Positions 63,677 through 64,000 of a stretch of DNA of 64,000 nt are shown here, piece after piece. Origin of the DNA: Lytechinus pictus (Eukaryota); assembly GCF_037042905.1 (NCBI RefSeq), contig NC_087252.1, positions 10,912,001 through 10,976,000 on the forward strand, in the 5' to 3' direction. Numbering within the stretch: position 1 is the stretch's first letter; the number at the start of each line of letters is the position of its first letter. The notes under the pieces are model-generated. The model had not been told where the DNA came from, searched no databases, and saw only the letters and a list, made by a program, of their open reading frames with translations. A program made the position numbers and the translations under genes.

Positions 63677-64000
63677 AGGAGAATGAAACCCATGAAACCA
63701 GCTGAATCCATATCAATGAGAAGAATCAAAGGAACACATTGTTGAAAGTTTGAGGAAGATTGAATGAATAATAAGAAAGTCATGAGCATTTGAATATTGA
63801 GATCACTAGTGCCATGTAGATCCTCCCATTGGCAATGCGACCAAGATCTGTGATGTCACACACGTACAACTCTCCCATTTGGACACTGAAAATATACCCC
63901 AAAACATTTCTTTTTGCTCATTCTAATCATATGACAAACGATTCATCAATGATATAATGTTGTGAAACCTCTGTACTTGTCATCTCATAAAGAGAACACC
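63677..64000. mobile_element. probable Kolobok-like MITE cut by window edge
   Basis: TTAA|AGGAGAATGAAACCC left terminus only. Confidence 0.4.

Overview
AT-rich animal genomic DNA with spliceosomal introns. The repeat landscape (tRNA-derived SINEs, many MITEs, frequent TACATGTA) resembles an invertebrate deuterostome such as a sea urchin; this is an inference. The whole window lies inside one very large minus-strand gene. I read 50 GT-AG exons by hand (63162 to 91); all junction phases are compatible and they sum to 10,551 nt (3,517 codons). The product is almost entirely Cys/Gly/Tyr-rich repeats of the Ephrin_rec_like (GCC2/GCC3) type. No start, stop, signal peptide or TM segment is in the window, so the protein is longer. 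One exon is 2,007 bp, made of about 7 tandem 96-aa units with a near-identical 861-bp-offset duplication. At about 7 exons, degenerate tandem copies of the exon's own splice junction extend into the intron. Introns also hold a 3.4-kb foldback-type element, a piggyBac-type MITE nested in a SINE, a solo-LTR candidate, Tc1/mariner-, Kolobok- and Harbinger-like MITEs, decayed LINE fragments, minisatellites, (CAT)n tracts and three N gaps. Coordinates were read by eye; TE family names rest on termini and target-site duplications (TSDs) only.
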